Positions 28,636 through 38,832 of a stretch of DNA of 64,000 nt are shown here, piece after piece. This stretch comes from a virus. The DNA is taken from the IMG/VR virus record IMGVR_UViG_3300045978_000284, positions 32,001 to 96,000 of that record; one strand, given 5' to 3'. The notes under the pieces were generated by a model that saw only the letters and a list, made by a program, of their open reading frames with translations, did no database searches and had not been told where the DNA came from. The first letter of the stretch is position 1. Every line of letters begins with the position of its first letter. The position numbers and the translations under genes are program-made.

Positions 28636-30821
28636 TGCCGGTCGCCGACGTCGAGTACTTCGGGTTCGGCGCGGTCACGCCGGGGGGCACCGGCCAGTCG
28701 GAGTTCCACGTCACGAACCTCAATTCGAGCGGTCCGGGCTCGCTGCGCGATGCGGTGTCGGCGAGCAACCGCTTCATCGTCTTCGACGTCGCGGGCGAGA
28801 TCCCGGTGCTCTCGGGTCCCGGGGAGAACGAGATCCGGGTCCTGGGCGACCACATCACCATCGCGGGCGAGACCGCGCCCCAGCCTGGCATCACTATCAC
28901 CGGGCGCGGCATCATCATGCGCGGTGACCTCGGAGCCCACGACGTGATCTGTCGCTACCTGCGGATCCGGAACGTCCTGTTCGACTGCATGCAGCTCTTC
29001 CGGGGGGCGTACAACATCGTCCTGGACCATCTCTCGCTCCGGCGCGCGGACGACGGCGCGTGCGACATCTCCGGGGACGCTCAGAGCAACGACCCGTCCA
29101 GGACCACCTACAACGTCACCCTGAGCAACTGCTTCCTGCACACCGGGTCGACCAGCAACAAGACCCAGCTCATCGGCTACCGGTCCAAGCGGATCTCGGT
29201 CTGGCGCAACCTCTACCGCGGCAACCAGCGGAACCCCCAGTACAAGTGGAACCCCACGGACTCGGAGTTTCTCGAGGACCCCCAGGTCGTCATGGGACCT
29301 CCGCCGGACGATACCTGCCTCGACTTCCGGAACAACCTGATCTGGGAGTGGGTGACGCAGGGCAGCTGGCTGCACCACGAGGGGCTCGGCAACTTCGTCG
29401 GCAACTACTACAGCGCGCCCAGCCGACCCAAGAGCGACCAGGTGCACGCCCTGACCATCGGGGACCCCGACCTCATCACCGGCACGGCGACGGATCGCCG
29501 CGAGGGGTTTGCCTTCTGCTATGAGAACTTCTCGGCGGACAACCTCAGCTTCGAGCTCGACTCCCGCGGGAACAAGGCCACCCCGTACCCCACGACAGAG
29601 CTCCCGATCCTGGATCCCTGGGCCTCCGCGTCCCTGGTACGCCAGTCCGCTGGCGTGGTGCCCGTCTTTCCCCGCGATGCCGAGGAGCAGGCCATCGTCG
29701 ATTCGATCGTCCTGCAGGGGCGCCCGCGCCAGCCGGTCGTCCAGATCATCCCGACCTTCGCGGCGAGCCGGGCCCGGTGGAACGGCATCACGTTCGATCT
29801 CCCGGAGCGCACGGTGGAGGCCGCGCCGGCGATCACGGCCATCCGGGGCGTCAACGCGCTGCAGAGCGGGCATCGCGAGTACCTCTTCTCGCGTTACGAC
29901 TACACGGCGCGCGTCGATCTCCTGCTGGAGAGCCCGGAGTACCAGGCGTTCCGGATGTTCTGGGAGCAGACGGCCGGACCCGGGGGCGCGTTCGAGTTCT
30001 GGCTCGATCGCTGGGTGGGCAGCGCGTGGAGCTTCGAGCGCACGCTGGCGGACCAGAACGGCCTGGTGCTGACCATGCGGAATGCCCCCAGCCGGATCCC
30101 CTACGCCGAGGTGGGCGAGGGGCGAGGCGTGGTCCTGAGCGGCAACCGAGACCTGAGCGTCTTCACGGCCCAGGCCTCTGCGCCACAGCCCACGAACTAC
30201 GACGACCCGTTCGATTATCGCGAGGGCATCGTGGCGGTGCGCGTGCGACCGGCCTTCGCGGCAATGGACAGCTCCACGCGGGTCTTCGTGGACACCGAGG
30301 AGAGCCTGTCGCCGCCCGGTTCGAACCGGCTCCTGCTCTGGAAGACCGCGGACAACCACGTGCGCTTCGATGTCTGGGACGGCACAGGCCTGAACCGCCG
30401 CGTGTACCACGTCCTCACGCCCGGCGTGGATACGTGGGAGGCCGGCCAGGGGCTCGAGCTGGTGGCGCGCTGGGGCGCGGACGGTACCCTGACGGCGTGG
30501 TACGCGGTGGATGCCGGCACGTTCATCAAGATGGAGCAGCTGGACGTGACGGGGAACGGCTTGATGTCGGCGCTCCCGCCACGACTCCTGATCGGGGCCC
30601 GCAACGACCAGAGCGGTCGCGCGGCCGGGACCTACGAGAGCGTCACGTTCTGGAAGCGCGCCTGGTCGGGGGACACGCCGTGGCGCCTGTTCGCGGCGCG
30701 CCGCCCCGTGTGGCGCAACTACTACGGCCGCGGTGAGCTGCTCTCGGCGGAGTTCGAGCCCGACCGTCCCGTGCTCAGCCGCCACCTCTGGCGCGTGACC
30801 GTCAACCTGCGCTCGGTATGA
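28635..30821 (+). CDS. Pectate lyase-like beta-helix fused to tail domain with LamG-like insert
   Basis: GFGA.T.GG...VTNLN.SGPGSLRDAV...R.IVFDVAG.I...ITIAGETAP.PGI...RYLRIR...LDHLS motifs. Confidence 0.85.
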   Translation: MPVADVEYFGFGAVTPGGTGQSEFHVTNLNSSGPGSLRDAVSASNRFIVFDVAGEIPVLSGPGENEIRVLGDHITIAGETAPQPGITITGRGIIMRGDLGAHDVICRYLRIRNVLFDCMQLFRGAYNIVLDHLSLRRADDGACDISGDAQSNDPSRTTYNVTLSNCFLHTGSTSNKTQLIGYRSKRISVWRNLYRGNQRNPQYKWNPTDSEFLEDPQVVMGPPPDDTCLDFRNNLIWEWVTQGSWLHHEGLGNFVGNYYSAPSRPKSDQVHALTIGDPDLITGTATDRREGFAFCYENFSADNLSFELDSRGNKATPYPTTELPILDPWASASLVRQSAGVVPVFPRDAEEQAIVDSIVLQGRPRQPVVQIIPTFAASRARWNGITFDLPERTVEAAPAITAIRGVNALQSGHREYLFSRYDYTARVDLLLESPEYQAFRMFWEQTAGPGGAFEFWLDRWVGSAWSFERTLADQNGLVLTMRNAPSRIPYAEVGEGRGVVLSGNRDLSVFTAQASAPQPTNYDDPFDYREGIVAVRVRPAFAAMDSSTRVFVDTEESLSPPGSNRLLLWKTADNHVRFDVWDGTGLNRRVYHVLTPGVDTWEAGQGLELVARWGADGTLTAWYAVDAGTFIKMEQLDVTGNGLMSALPPRLLIGARNDQSGRAAGTYESVTFWKRAWSGDTPWRLFAARRPVWRNYYGRGELLSAEFEPDRPVLSRHLWRVTVNLRSV

Positions 30822-31900
30822 TTCTCCCGTTCCAGCCGACCTTCTCGTACCCGCGGATCCGCTGGACGCCCCAGGGGACCTCGACGGCGATCCTGCTCGA
30901 TCTCGCCGAACAGGCCACGGAGCACTCGGCGAGCACGACCTCCCAGCGATCGACCAACATCGTCCAGGGCGGCAAGGGGGAGTACCTCTTCGCGCGGAAT
31001 GAAGAGATCCAGCGCGTGGCCTTCTTCTTCGAGGATGCGGACTACATGGCCCTGCGCACATTCTTCGAGACCCATGGCGGTCTGGGGCGGCCCTTCGAGC
31101 TGTGGGTGGACCGCTATCAGGGCAGCGTCTGGCACTTCGAGTGGAGCCTGGCGGACCAGAACGGCCTCACCTGGTCGCCCGTCGGATTCACGCCGAGCGT
31201 GGCGTCCTACGAGTGGGCGTTCCGGGGCCGCGGCATTCGGCTGGCCACCTCGCAGTACCTCACGATGAACTCCGTCCAGTCGACCGCCACACCGAACCGG
31301 ACGGGCTATGACGATCCCCTGATCAAAGAAGAGGGCATCGTCGTGGTCGACTGCAAGCCCTCATTCCCGTCCGGGGACGGTGTCCAGCACTCGTTCTTCC
31401 AGGCCTACACCAGCCCGGACACTGGGAAGAACGCGATCTATTTCTTCAAGGACACGAGCAATTTCCTGAACTGGTATTTCTTCGACGCAGCCGGCGTCGA
31501 CAAGCGCCGCTTTGCCGCGGCCGTGTGGAATACCAACGAACGGCTGACGCTCGTCGGACGCTGGACCGCAACGGGCGATCTCTCGGCCTGGTTCTCGGTC
31601 AACGGGGCGTCGTTCCAGGAGTTCACGGGCGCGGCCGGAGCGGGCACGGGGATCCTGTCGACGCAGCCGGCGACCCTCGACGTCGGCGGCACGGCCGAGG
31701 GCCTCTATGACTCGCTGGCGATCTTCAAGTTCGCCTGGCCCAACGATGCGCCGTACCGGGTCCTGGCCAACCACTTCCCGGCGTACCGCAACTACTGGCC
31801 CTATGCCGAGCTGGTGACTAACGAGTTCAACCCGCAGCGCGTGTACAAGACGCGGCACCTGTGGTCCTGGTCGCCGCTCATCCGCAACGGCGCGGCCTGA
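30818..31900 (+). CDS. Distal tail protein, paralog of C-terminal half of 28635..30821
   Basis: Shared EYLFxR, FExWxDR, LADQNGL, YDDP, EGIV, RNY. Confidence 0.75.
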   Translation: MILPFQPTFSYPRIRWTPQGTSTAILLDLAEQATEHSASTTSQRSTNIVQGGKGEYLFARNEEIQRVAFFFEDADYMALRTFFETHGGLGRPFELWVDRYQGSVWHFEWSLADQNGLTWSPVGFTPSVASYEWAFRGRGIRLATSQYLTMNSVQSTATPNRTGYDDPLIKEEGIVVVDCKPSFPSGDGVQHSFFQAYTSPDTGKNAIYFFKDTSNFLNWYFFDAAGVDKRRFAAAVWNTNERLTLVGRWTATGDLSAWFSVNGASFQEFTGAAGAGTGILSTQPATLDVGGTAEGLYDSLAIFKFAWPNDAPYRVLANHFPAYRNYWPYAELVTNEFNPQRVYKTRHLWSWSPLIRNGAA

Positions 31901-33156
31901 TGCGGCGCGAATCCTCACGGTACCGCCTGGAGCGCCAGCGGATGGCCACCCGCCCGGTGGCCTTCGTCGTCTTCAGCGTGGTCCCGAACATGCTCGACCA
32001 GTCGCGCGTGTGGGACTTCTCGAGGGACTTCGCCACGGCGGACGTCCGGTCTCGGCTCCGCGACAAGCTGGTGTGCATCCGCCACCTGAGCGGCATCGCC
32101 CAGTCGGTTGACCTGATTACCGGGGTCTCCTCGGTCGGGGCCCTGACCATCGAAATGGTGGACGTGGGCGGGATGATCACGCGCTATGTCTCGGACCCGG
32201 CGCGGCCGCTCATCCACGACCTGGGCTCCTCACTTCCCGTGGACCCGAACCTCGGCCTGGGTCGCCACAACCGCGTGGACGTGGTGTCCGACGCCGACGC
32301 GGAGATCCGCATCGGCGGCGACATCTCGGCCTACCCCGATCTCGGCTTCATCCGCATCGACGACGAGGACATCGGCTACCGCGCGACCTACCAGGACGGT
32401 CCGGATGGGGTGTTCCGGTCGATCTCGCGCGGCATGCGCGGCACGCTGCCGGACGTTCACGATGCCGGCGCGCTCGTCCACAATGGCGAGCAGATCCGCC
32501 GCAATACCCGCGTCCGCCTGGAGCTGGGCTACGACGCCCTGGACGAGTCGGACTACGGGCCCGGACCGGGCTACGCCCTGATGAACGTGACCCAGATCCA
32601 GTCGACCCCGGGCGGGTGGACCATCACCGCGCACGACGTCCAGGTCTTCACGCGAAAGAAGATCTTCACCAAGTCGACGACCAACAACCCGTTCACGATC
32701 AAGGGCAACCCGCTGCGCCTGGCGCTGCGCATCCTCCTGTCGACTGGCAACGGGTCGAACAGCGCCAACGACGTGTATGAGTACGAGAACGGCGCGGGGG
32801 TCCCGAAGGACTTCGTGGACATCTCGATGTTCCGCTACTTCCAGCGCCAGTTCCCGCTCACGGAAATGCGCTTCCGGGAGCCCGGGCCGGTCGATGCCAA
32901 GACCTTCGTCGAGACCCAGCTGCTGCGTCCGCTCGGCCTGATCCCGATCATCAACCAGCGTGGCCAATACAGCGTGCGCCGGGTGACCAGCCCCACGCCG
33001 CTCCTGACGGGCATCTCCTCGGCGACGATGACCTACCCGGAGATCATCCCGCCCGAGCCGCCCGAGCCGCCCGAGGACTCGTTCTACATCCTGCTGGAGG
33101 ACGGCGGCCGGATCATGCTCGAGGACCTCAGCGGGGCCATCGAGCTGGAGCACTGA
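31900..33156 (+). CDS. Tail tip/hub protein N-half, copy 1
   Basis: VDVGGxITRYVxDPAR, IDDEDI.Y, RG.RGT, LLSTGNGSN, NQRGQYS; LLEDG..LED tail. Confidence 0.75.
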   Translation: MRRESSRYRLERQRMATRPVAFVVFSVVPNMLDQSRVWDFSRDFATADVRSRLRDKLVCIRHLSGIAQSVDLITGVSSVGALTIEMVDVGGMITRYVSDPARPLIHDLGSSLPVDPNLGLGRHNRVDVVSDADAEIRIGGDISAYPDLGFIRIDDEDIGYRATYQDGPDGVFRSISRGMRGTLPDVHDAGALVHNGEQIRRNTRVRLELGYDALDESDYGPGPGYALMNVTQIQSTPGGWTITAHDVQVFTRKKIFTKSTTNNPFTIKGNPLRLALRILLSTGNGSNSANDVYEYENGAGVPKDFVDISMFRYFQRQFPLTEMRFREPGPVDAKTFVETQLLRPLGLIPIINQRGQYSVRRVTSPTPLLTGISSATMTYPEIIPPEPPEPPEDSFYILLEDGGRIMLEDLSGAIELEH

Positions 33157-33157
33157 G

Positions 33158-33733
33158 ATGGCCGACACCCCGATCAGCCTGATCGCCTCGGCGGCCGCCG
33201 CGCTGACCTCGCACCGCTACGTGGTGCAGGAGGGTTCGGCCAACAAGGCGGTGAGCGGGACCCAGCTCTCCGCCCTGATCGGCTCGCTCCTCGGCCAGAC
33301 GGGGTTCGTCGAGAAGAGCGCGGACCAGGCGGGCATCGTCTCGACCAGCTTCACGGACATCACGGGCATGGGGATCCCGGTCGCGGCCGGCAAGCGCTAC
33401 AGCGGCCGCTTCGTGTTCATGGTGGACGCCGGGGCGACGTCGGAGGGCATCCGCATCACGCTGAGCGGGCCGGCCACGCCGACGCGTGTGTCCTGGCTTC
33501 TGACGCGGAGCACCTCGGCGACGATCGTCGCCCTGGACGCCTTCAGCGCGTACGACGTGGACCCAGGCGATACGGGCAGCGCGGGCCCGGCGCAGCGGTT
33601 GACCGTCCTCGAGTGGGTGCTCCAGAACGGCGGCACCGCCGGGACGGTGATTCCTCGGGTGCGCGCTGAGACGGGCGCCCAGGCGGTGAACATCCGCGCG
33701 GGCAGCTACGGCACGTATCGGGAGGCTGGCTGA
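33158..33733 (+). CDS. Tail fibre-associated protein
   Basis: MADTPIS.I..A start; C-domain resembles those of 1223 and 2109 (NG..AG, RAGSY). Confidence 0.65.
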   Translation: MADTPISLIASAAAALTSHRYVVQEGSANKAVSGTQLSALIGSLLGQTGFVEKSADQAGIVSTSFTDITGMGIPVAAGKRYSGRFVFMVDAGATSEGIRITLSGPATPTRVSWLLTRSTSATIVALDAFSAYDVDPGDTGSAGPAQRLTVLEWVLQNGGTAGTVIPRVRAETGAQAVNIRAGSYGTYREAG

Positions 33734-34830
33734 TGCCGCGCGACGAAACCTTTGCCTATGGCGTGGAGCGCCGCCGCTGGTCGACCCAGCCGGCGCTCTT
33801 CATCCGCGCGTCGCACGTCCCGAACTGGCTCAACCGCGGCACGGAGTACCCGTTCTCGGTCGACTTCGCCACGCTCCAGGTCAAGAACCCCACGGTCCCC
33901 AAGATCGTGTGTCTGCGGCGCGTGGGCGGTCAGAGCCAGTCCGTCGATCCGGTCTCCGGGACGTCGACGGTGGGGGCCACGACGGTCGAGCTGGTCGACG
34001 TCGGCGGCGAGATCACGCGCTACGTGGCGGACCCAGCGCGCCGCCTGTTCCTGGCCATGGACACCAGCACCACCACCGTCCAGGTGGACGCGAACATCAG
34101 CAGCTACCCGTCGCGCGGCCACATCATCATCGACAACGAGGACATCAAGTACACCGGCCTCAACACGGTGTCCCAGACCTTCACCGGCGTCGTCCGGGCC
34201 CAGCGCGGCTCGTCCCTCGAGGCACACGCGGCCCAAGCCCTGGTGCACAACGGCGAGCGCCTGTCGCGCGGCACCCGCATGACGCTCTACCTGGGGTACG
34301 CGCCGCTGAACGAGGCGGACTACGGGCCGGGCCCGGGCTTCGCCAACATGGACATCCTATCGGTGCAGACCTCGGAGAATGGCACCGCGTGGGTGCTGCA
34401 GGCCACGGACATTCAGCGCTTCGCGCGCCGGCAGATCTTCCGCGGCGCCACGACGGATGCGCCCTTCGAGACCGGCGTGGTCCACCCGATCAACCTGGCG
34501 CTCCAGGTCCTGCTCAGCACCGGGAACGGGTCGAACACGGCCTACGATAATCTATCGTTCGATGACGGCGGCGCCATCCCGAAAGGCCTGGTGGACATCG
34601 TGAGGTTCGAGACCTACCGCGACTACTTCTTCCCGTGGGCCCAGATGCGGTTCCGAGAATCGGCCCCGACCGAGCTCAAGAGCTTCGTCGAGAACCAGTG
34701 TCTGCGCCCGCTCAACATCTTTCCGCTCGTGAACCAGCGCGGCCAGTACAGCTGCAAGCTTCTCCGCACGCCCGAGTTCCTCCGATCGGCCCTCGGCATG
34801 GGCCGGATCTCCGTCGAGGAGGTGCTCTGA
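33733..34830 (+). CDS. Tail tip/hub protein N-half, copy 2
   Basis: Collinear similarity to 31900..33156 (DFAT, VHNGE, DYGPGPG, LRPL). Confidence 0.75.
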   Translation: MPRDETFAYGVERRRWSTQPALFIRASHVPNWLNRGTEYPFSVDFATLQVKNPTVPKIVCLRRVGGQSQSVDPVSGTSTVGATTVELVDVGGEITRYVADPARRLFLAMDTSTTTVQVDANISSYPSRGHIIIDNEDIKYTGLNTVSQTFTGVVRAQRGSSLEAHAAQALVHNGERLSRGTRMTLYLGYAPLNEADYGPGPGFANMDILSVQTSENGTAWVLQATDIQRFARRQIFRGATTDAPFETGVVHPINLALQVLLSTGNGSNTAYDNLSFDDGGAIPKGLVDIVRFETYRDYFFPWAQMRFRESAPTELKSFVENQCLRPLNIFPLVNQRGQYSCKLLRTPEFLRSALGMGRISVEEVL

Positions 34831-34831
34831 G

Positions 34832-35101
34832 GTGGAGAAGTGCACGGGCGTCGTCCTGGACTCGGGTGGCAACCCGCTCTCGGGCGTCACCGTCACCGTG
34901 CGCCTCGCGGGGACCGCCACCATCGCCGCCATCTACTCGGCGAACACGACCGGCGCCCCGATGGGCAACCCCTTCACCAACGCCGCGAACGGGGCCTACG
35001 CGTTTTACGCAGCGAACGGGCGGTACGACATCTTCTTCTTCAAGGTGGGAGTGACCTTCGTGAACGAAGACACGACTGACATCCTCCTGCACGACCACTG
35101 A
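34832..35101 (+). CDS. Prealbumin/CarboxypepD-like attachment domain protein
   Basis: DSGGNP...V.VRLAGT...NPF....G.Y.FY...GRYDI. Confidence 0.7.
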   Translation: MEKCTGVVLDSGGNPLSGVTVTVRLAGTATIAAIYSANTTGAPMGNPFTNAANGAYAFYAANGRYDIFFFKVGVTFVNEDTTDILLHDH

Positions 35102-35104
35102 GCG

Positions 35105-36001
35105 ATGCAGGCGATCCACGGCGTCCTGTTCGATAGCGGCGGCAACCCGATGTCCAGCGTCAGCGTCTCGGTCCGCCTGGCCGGCACCGCCACCATGGCC
35201 GAGATCTTCTCGGACGACCGCCAGACGCCCAAGGCCAACCCGTTCCTGAACGATCCGAACGGGAGCTACGATTTCTATGTCACCAGCGGCCGGTACGACA
35301 TCTCCTTCTCCAAGGCGGGCGTGACCTTCGTCACCGCCGATAGCACCGATGTCCTCTTCGAGGATCCGGCGGACCGCCGCACGAGCTACACGCGCTTTGA
35401 CCTGGAGGGCTACTCCTGCTGGTATCCCGCCGCCGATCGCTTCGTTGTCGACGGCCACTACTTCACCACCGCAGGCAGCGTCGGGTACGATGCCTCGGCT
35501 CTGGGAGGCTGTGTTGTGCTGGCGGCCGCCGGGGGCGTCGCCGGTCGCGCCGATCTGGCCCAGCCCGGCGGCGGTATGGCCGTCCCGTGGCGCCTCAGCT
35601 CCAAGCCCCTGACCTTCTTCATGGAAATCCAGCGATACAACTTCGGCGTCGCCGGAGCCGCTCGGGTTGGGTTGACGGAGGTGTCCTTCAGCGCGGGCGA
35701 CCCGGCGAACGGCGCGTATATTCGACAGATCGACTCGGCCTCGGCGTTCCTGGTGTGCCGCAAATCCGGCATCGAGTCGGCCATGGACCTCGGCTCCGGA
35801 TTCGCGTCGCCGCGGAAGGTCATGTTCCGGGCCCGCTCGAACGAGGTGAAGGCCTGGATGGACGGCAACTACATGGGCGCGATCACCACGAATGTCCCCG
35901 ACAGCCTGCTGGGACTGTCGATCTCCGGTGGCGCCACGACGGACAGCGGCGGTATCCTGCTCGGCGCGATCTCGATTTACTACCAGCCGCAGGTCTTCTG
36001 A
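35105..36001 (+). CDS. Tail fibre/receptor-binding candidate
   Basis: Same N-domain as 34832..35101 plus lectin-like C-domain (WMDGN..G.ITTNVP). Confidence 0.7.
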   Translation: MQAIHGVLFDSGGNPMSSVSVSVRLAGTATMAEIFSDDRQTPKANPFLNDPNGSYDFYVTSGRYDISFSKAGVTFVTADSTDVLFEDPADRRTSYTRFDLEGYSCWYPAADRFVVDGHYFTTAGSVGYDASALGGCVVLAAAGGVAGRADLAQPGGGMAVPWRLSSKPLTFFMEIQRYNFGVAGAARVGLTEVSFSAGDPANGAYIRQIDSASAFLVCRKSGIESAMDLGSGFASPRKVMFRARSNEVKAWMDGNYMGAITTNVPDSLLGLSISGGATTDSGGILLGAISIYYQPQVF

Positions 36002-36774
36002 TGTTCCTGACGACGGTCGCGCTCGACGACATCTTCCAGCTCGGCGAGGACGCGATTATCATCGACCCGGGCACCGGGCGTCCGCTCCACCAGTGGGTGA
36101 TCCAGAGCACGGTCAAAAACGCCATCGATGTCCGGTACGACTACAACCGGATCAACGCCGACGGCACGCCCCTCGCGCGGGACGCCTTCGGCCGCCGGCA
36201 GGTCTACCAGGCCGAGGCCAGCGTGGAGAAGTACGGGCCCGAGCCGACGATCGTGATGGAGTTCCGCGGGATCGACACGAACCTGGGCGGCCAGACGATC
36301 ATGGACAACCTGTCGCTGGCCTTCCTGCAGCGCTGGGCCTATCCACCGCCCTTCCTGCGCTTGAGCGTGGTCTACCAGAAGCACCCGCTCGAGATCCTCG
36401 ACTCGGTGCGGGTCACGCACAGCAAGATCCAGAACCCGATCACCGGCCTCATCGGCATCAAGGGCGAGCGATTCGAGATCATCGACATCGCGCCCCAGTT
36501 CCAGACGGCCGGCCGGCTCGACCTGCTGCTCCTGTGGGTGGGGGCGATCGAGACGTCGGCCGCCCCGGTCAGCGGCGGCGAGTTCACCCTGGTCCCGGGA
36601 ATCCAGGTGAGCTACACGGAGCCCAACACGGCGGTCCCACTGGGCTCGTTCGTCCAGTTCGACCTGCCGGCCTCCGGGACGTCCAACGCGGCCGGCGTGC
36701 GGATCGGTCTGGCGCATCGCAGCTACCGGATCTGGCAATGCGTCTTCGAAGTCGAAAACTACGGGGAGCTGTAG
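36001..36774 (+). CDS. Tail tip/hub protein C-half
   Basis: N.IDVRYDY...SVEKYG...LEILD.VRVTH hub-type motifs. Confidence 0.7.
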   Translation: MFLTTVALDDIFQLGEDAIIIDPGTGRPLHQWVIQSTVKNAIDVRYDYNRINADGTPLARDAFGRRQVYQAEASVEKYGPEPTIVMEFRGIDTNLGGQTIMDNLSLAFLQRWAYPPPFLRLSVVYQKHPLEILDSVRVTHSKIQNPITGLIGIKGERFEIIDIAPQFQTAGRLDLLLLWVGAIETSAAPVSGGEFTLVPGIQVSYTEPNTAVPLGSFVQFDLPASGTSNAAGVRIGLAHRSYRIWQCVFEVENYGEL

Positions 36775-37335
36775 GTGGGCTGGAACCCACCGGACGAGAA
36801 CTGGGAGGAGCAGTTCCCTCCCTACGAGAACCCGAACCCGCCGCCTCCGCCGCCACCTCCACCGCCACCGGGCCCGGTGTACGGCTGCCGTGTCACCGGT
36901 TCGGCCTACACGCGCCGGAGCTACTCCAGCTCGGTCACCTACCGCATCCGGTACAAGACCCAGACGGCCCCCGACGTCGAGGGCTCGTCCCTGAATCCCA
37001 CCACGGGCTGGGTCACCCTCAAGACGGCCACGCGTGGCCAGCGAGCGAACTACGACCAGATCAGCTGCACACCGGACCCTGTGAATCCCTCCACGCCCCT
37101 GGAGGACAACTGGGTGGAGTACATCCCGCTCCTGGGTGCGGCGCCGAACAAGTACAACATGCGCGTCCACTTCGACACGGTGAACACGCGGGAGGACCCC
37201 TGCAGCGCGCTTCCGGCCGAAATGTGCTCCGGTCGAGACCCAGCCGGCAGCCGCTGTCCGGGAGGGCTCCTGAGTTCGACCCTCGTTGACGATCACGCCG
37301 AAATGACCCTCGAGTTCGTGCAGGGCCTCACGTGA
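36775..37335 (+). CDS. Tail tip distal domain, in frame with previous gene after TAG
   Basis: TAG GTG junction; poly-Pro loop; Cys-rich. Confidence 0.6.
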   Translation: MGWNPPDENWEEQFPPYENPNPPPPPPPPPPPGPVYGCRVTGSAYTRRSYSSSVTYRIRYKTQTAPDVEGSSLNPTTGWVTLKTATRGQRANYDQISCTPDPVNPSTPLEDNWVEYIPLLGAAPNKYNMRVHFDTVNTREDPCSALPAEMCSGRDPAGSRCPGGLLSSTLVDDHAEMTLEFVQGLT

Positions 37336-37556
37336 TCGCGCCCACGGACGCTCCCGGGATCCTGATCGCCGAGCCCGAGGATCCCCAGGGCCGGAAGCTC
37401 TGGGAGCTGGCCATCAGGAAGTGGAGGCGCGCGGGCCCCCGCGGGCCCGAAACCCATGCCGAGTGGGGCCAGGTGGTGGCGGAGTACAACGCGCTGCGCC
37501 GCAAGCTCTACGGCCCGCTCGCGACGGTCGTCTCCCAGGTCCGGGAGCATGGCTGA
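37332..37556 (+). CDS. Hypothetical protein
   Basis: GTGA overlap. Confidence 0.55.
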   Translation: MIAPTDAPGILIAEPEDPQGRKLWELAIRKWRRAGPRGPETHAEWGQVVAEYNALRRKLYGPLATVVSQVREHG

Positions 37557-37574
37557 CCGGACAAGACGCGGCCC

Positions 37575-38180
37575 GTGGGGCCGGCGCCCGTGGACCTGAG
37601 CCTGATGCCCGCCTTCGGCCTGGAGCTGGAACGCGTGCTCCCGACGATCGACCCGGTGAACGGCGATCGGCTCACGGTGGTGACGCCGGCGATGGCCGGA
37701 GCTGCCCTGGTGGCCTACTGGACGGTGAACCCGCCCCGGATCATCCGCCGCTGGTTCGACTACCCGAACGACAGCTGGCGGGGATACGTCCGGGAACGCC
37801 TGGCGACCCGGTGGACCCAGTGCGCGATCGTGGTCATCGAGGCCAACCCGGAGCCCGAGGACCCGCGCGACCTCGAGGAGCTGCCGGCCCGCGGGAGCCT
37901 CCTGCGCACGATCCGGTGCTACCAGCCCGAGGCGCCTGGCCAAGTCATGGTCCAAGACGTCTGGGGTGGGCACTTCGTGACGACCACGGTGACCCGCGCC
38001 CTCTGGGACCTCGGGATCCGTGCGACGGTGGGCAACATCATGCGGACGAACTGGGACTGGAAGCGCCGGCTCATCCGGGCTGGGATCCAGATCCAGGACT
38101 GGAACGGCCGGCGGAACATGGTCCAGTGGGTGATCCCCGAGCGGCCGCCGGCCGGCCGGCCCAGCTGGTGGGGCGAGTGA
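37575..38180 (+). CDS. Hypothetical protein (start uncertain)
   Basis: Coding-like GC3; in frame with 37332..37556. Confidence 0.6.
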   Translation: MGPAPVDLSLMPAFGLELERVLPTIDPVNGDRLTVVTPAMAGAALVAYWTVNPPRIIRRWFDYPNDSWRGYVRERLATRWTQCAIVVIEANPEPEDPRDLEELPARGSLLRTIRCYQPEAPGQVMVQDVWGGHFVTTTVTRALWDLGIRATVGNIMRTNWDWKRRLIRAGIQIQDWNGRRNMVQWVIPERPPAGRPSWWGE

Positions 38181-38791
38181 TCCCCGCGGCGGAGGCCGCG
38201 GTGGTGGCCCGGCTCCTGCTGCGCGGGTCGGCGCTGGACGCCTACGCGGCCCACGCGAGCGGCTGGCTCGCGGATCGGCTGCCGGCCTTCGAGGCGGAAC
38301 TGCGGTCCAACCAGGAGGACGAGCGCCGCCATGCAGCCATCCAGGCCGAGCTGGCGGTCAGGCTCGACCCGGAGTGCCGCCCGGACGGTCAGGCCAGGCT
38401 TCTATTCGCCTCGTGGCGGGCCTGGGAGGCTCCAGGACGGCTCCTGATGCTGCACCTGGTTGAACGCATCGCCATGCTCTCGTTCGAGGTCCTGGGGCGG
38501 CGCCTGCGCCAGCTGGGGGCGCTGGACGAGGCACTCGCGGTCCTCGACATCGCCCGGGACGAGCGTCGGCACGTGCGGACCGGGCGGGACGCCCTCCTGG
38601 CAATCGGGCCGGTCCCCGCGGCCGCCGGCGTGTACCAGGCCATCCGGTCGGTGTACGCGGCGGATCCGCTCCTGGAGGTGGAGGCTCCGCGGGTCCTGGG
38701 AATCGGCCGGCTCACGGAGCTGGGTGACAGGGTGTGGGCCCGGTGGCAGAATGCTCGCGCGGGGAGTCTGGGAGACCACGGTGGCCCATAA
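38177..38791 (+). CDS. Ferritin-like di-iron protein
   Basis: EDERRH...VER...RDERRH paired ExxH motifs. Confidence 0.8.
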   Translation: MIPAAEAAVVARLLLRGSALDAYAAHASGWLADRLPAFEAELRSNQEDERRHAAIQAELAVRLDPECRPDGQARLLFASWRAWEAPGRLLMLHLVERIAMLSFEVLGRRLRQLGALDEALAVLDIARDERRHVRTGRDALLAIGPVPAAAGVYQAIRSVYAADPLLEVEAPRVLGIGRLTELGDRVWARWQNARAGSLGDHGGP

Positions 38792-38829
38792 CCATCGAGA
38801 AGCGGGTTCGACTCCCGCCCCCGTAACCA
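38758..38829 (+). tRNA. tRNA-Met(CAT), initiator-like, atypical
   Basis: Acceptor CGCGGGG/CCCCGTA with C1:A72 mismatch, T-arm GCGGG-TTCGACT-CCCGC, loop CC-CAT-AA, encoded CCA; short D-arm. Confidence 0.8.
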
Positions 38830-38832
38830 GCT

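Noticed and set aside
31900-37335. Diversity-generating retroelement acting on tail genes
   Set aside because: No reverse transcriptase seen and paralogs differ throughout, not only at adenines
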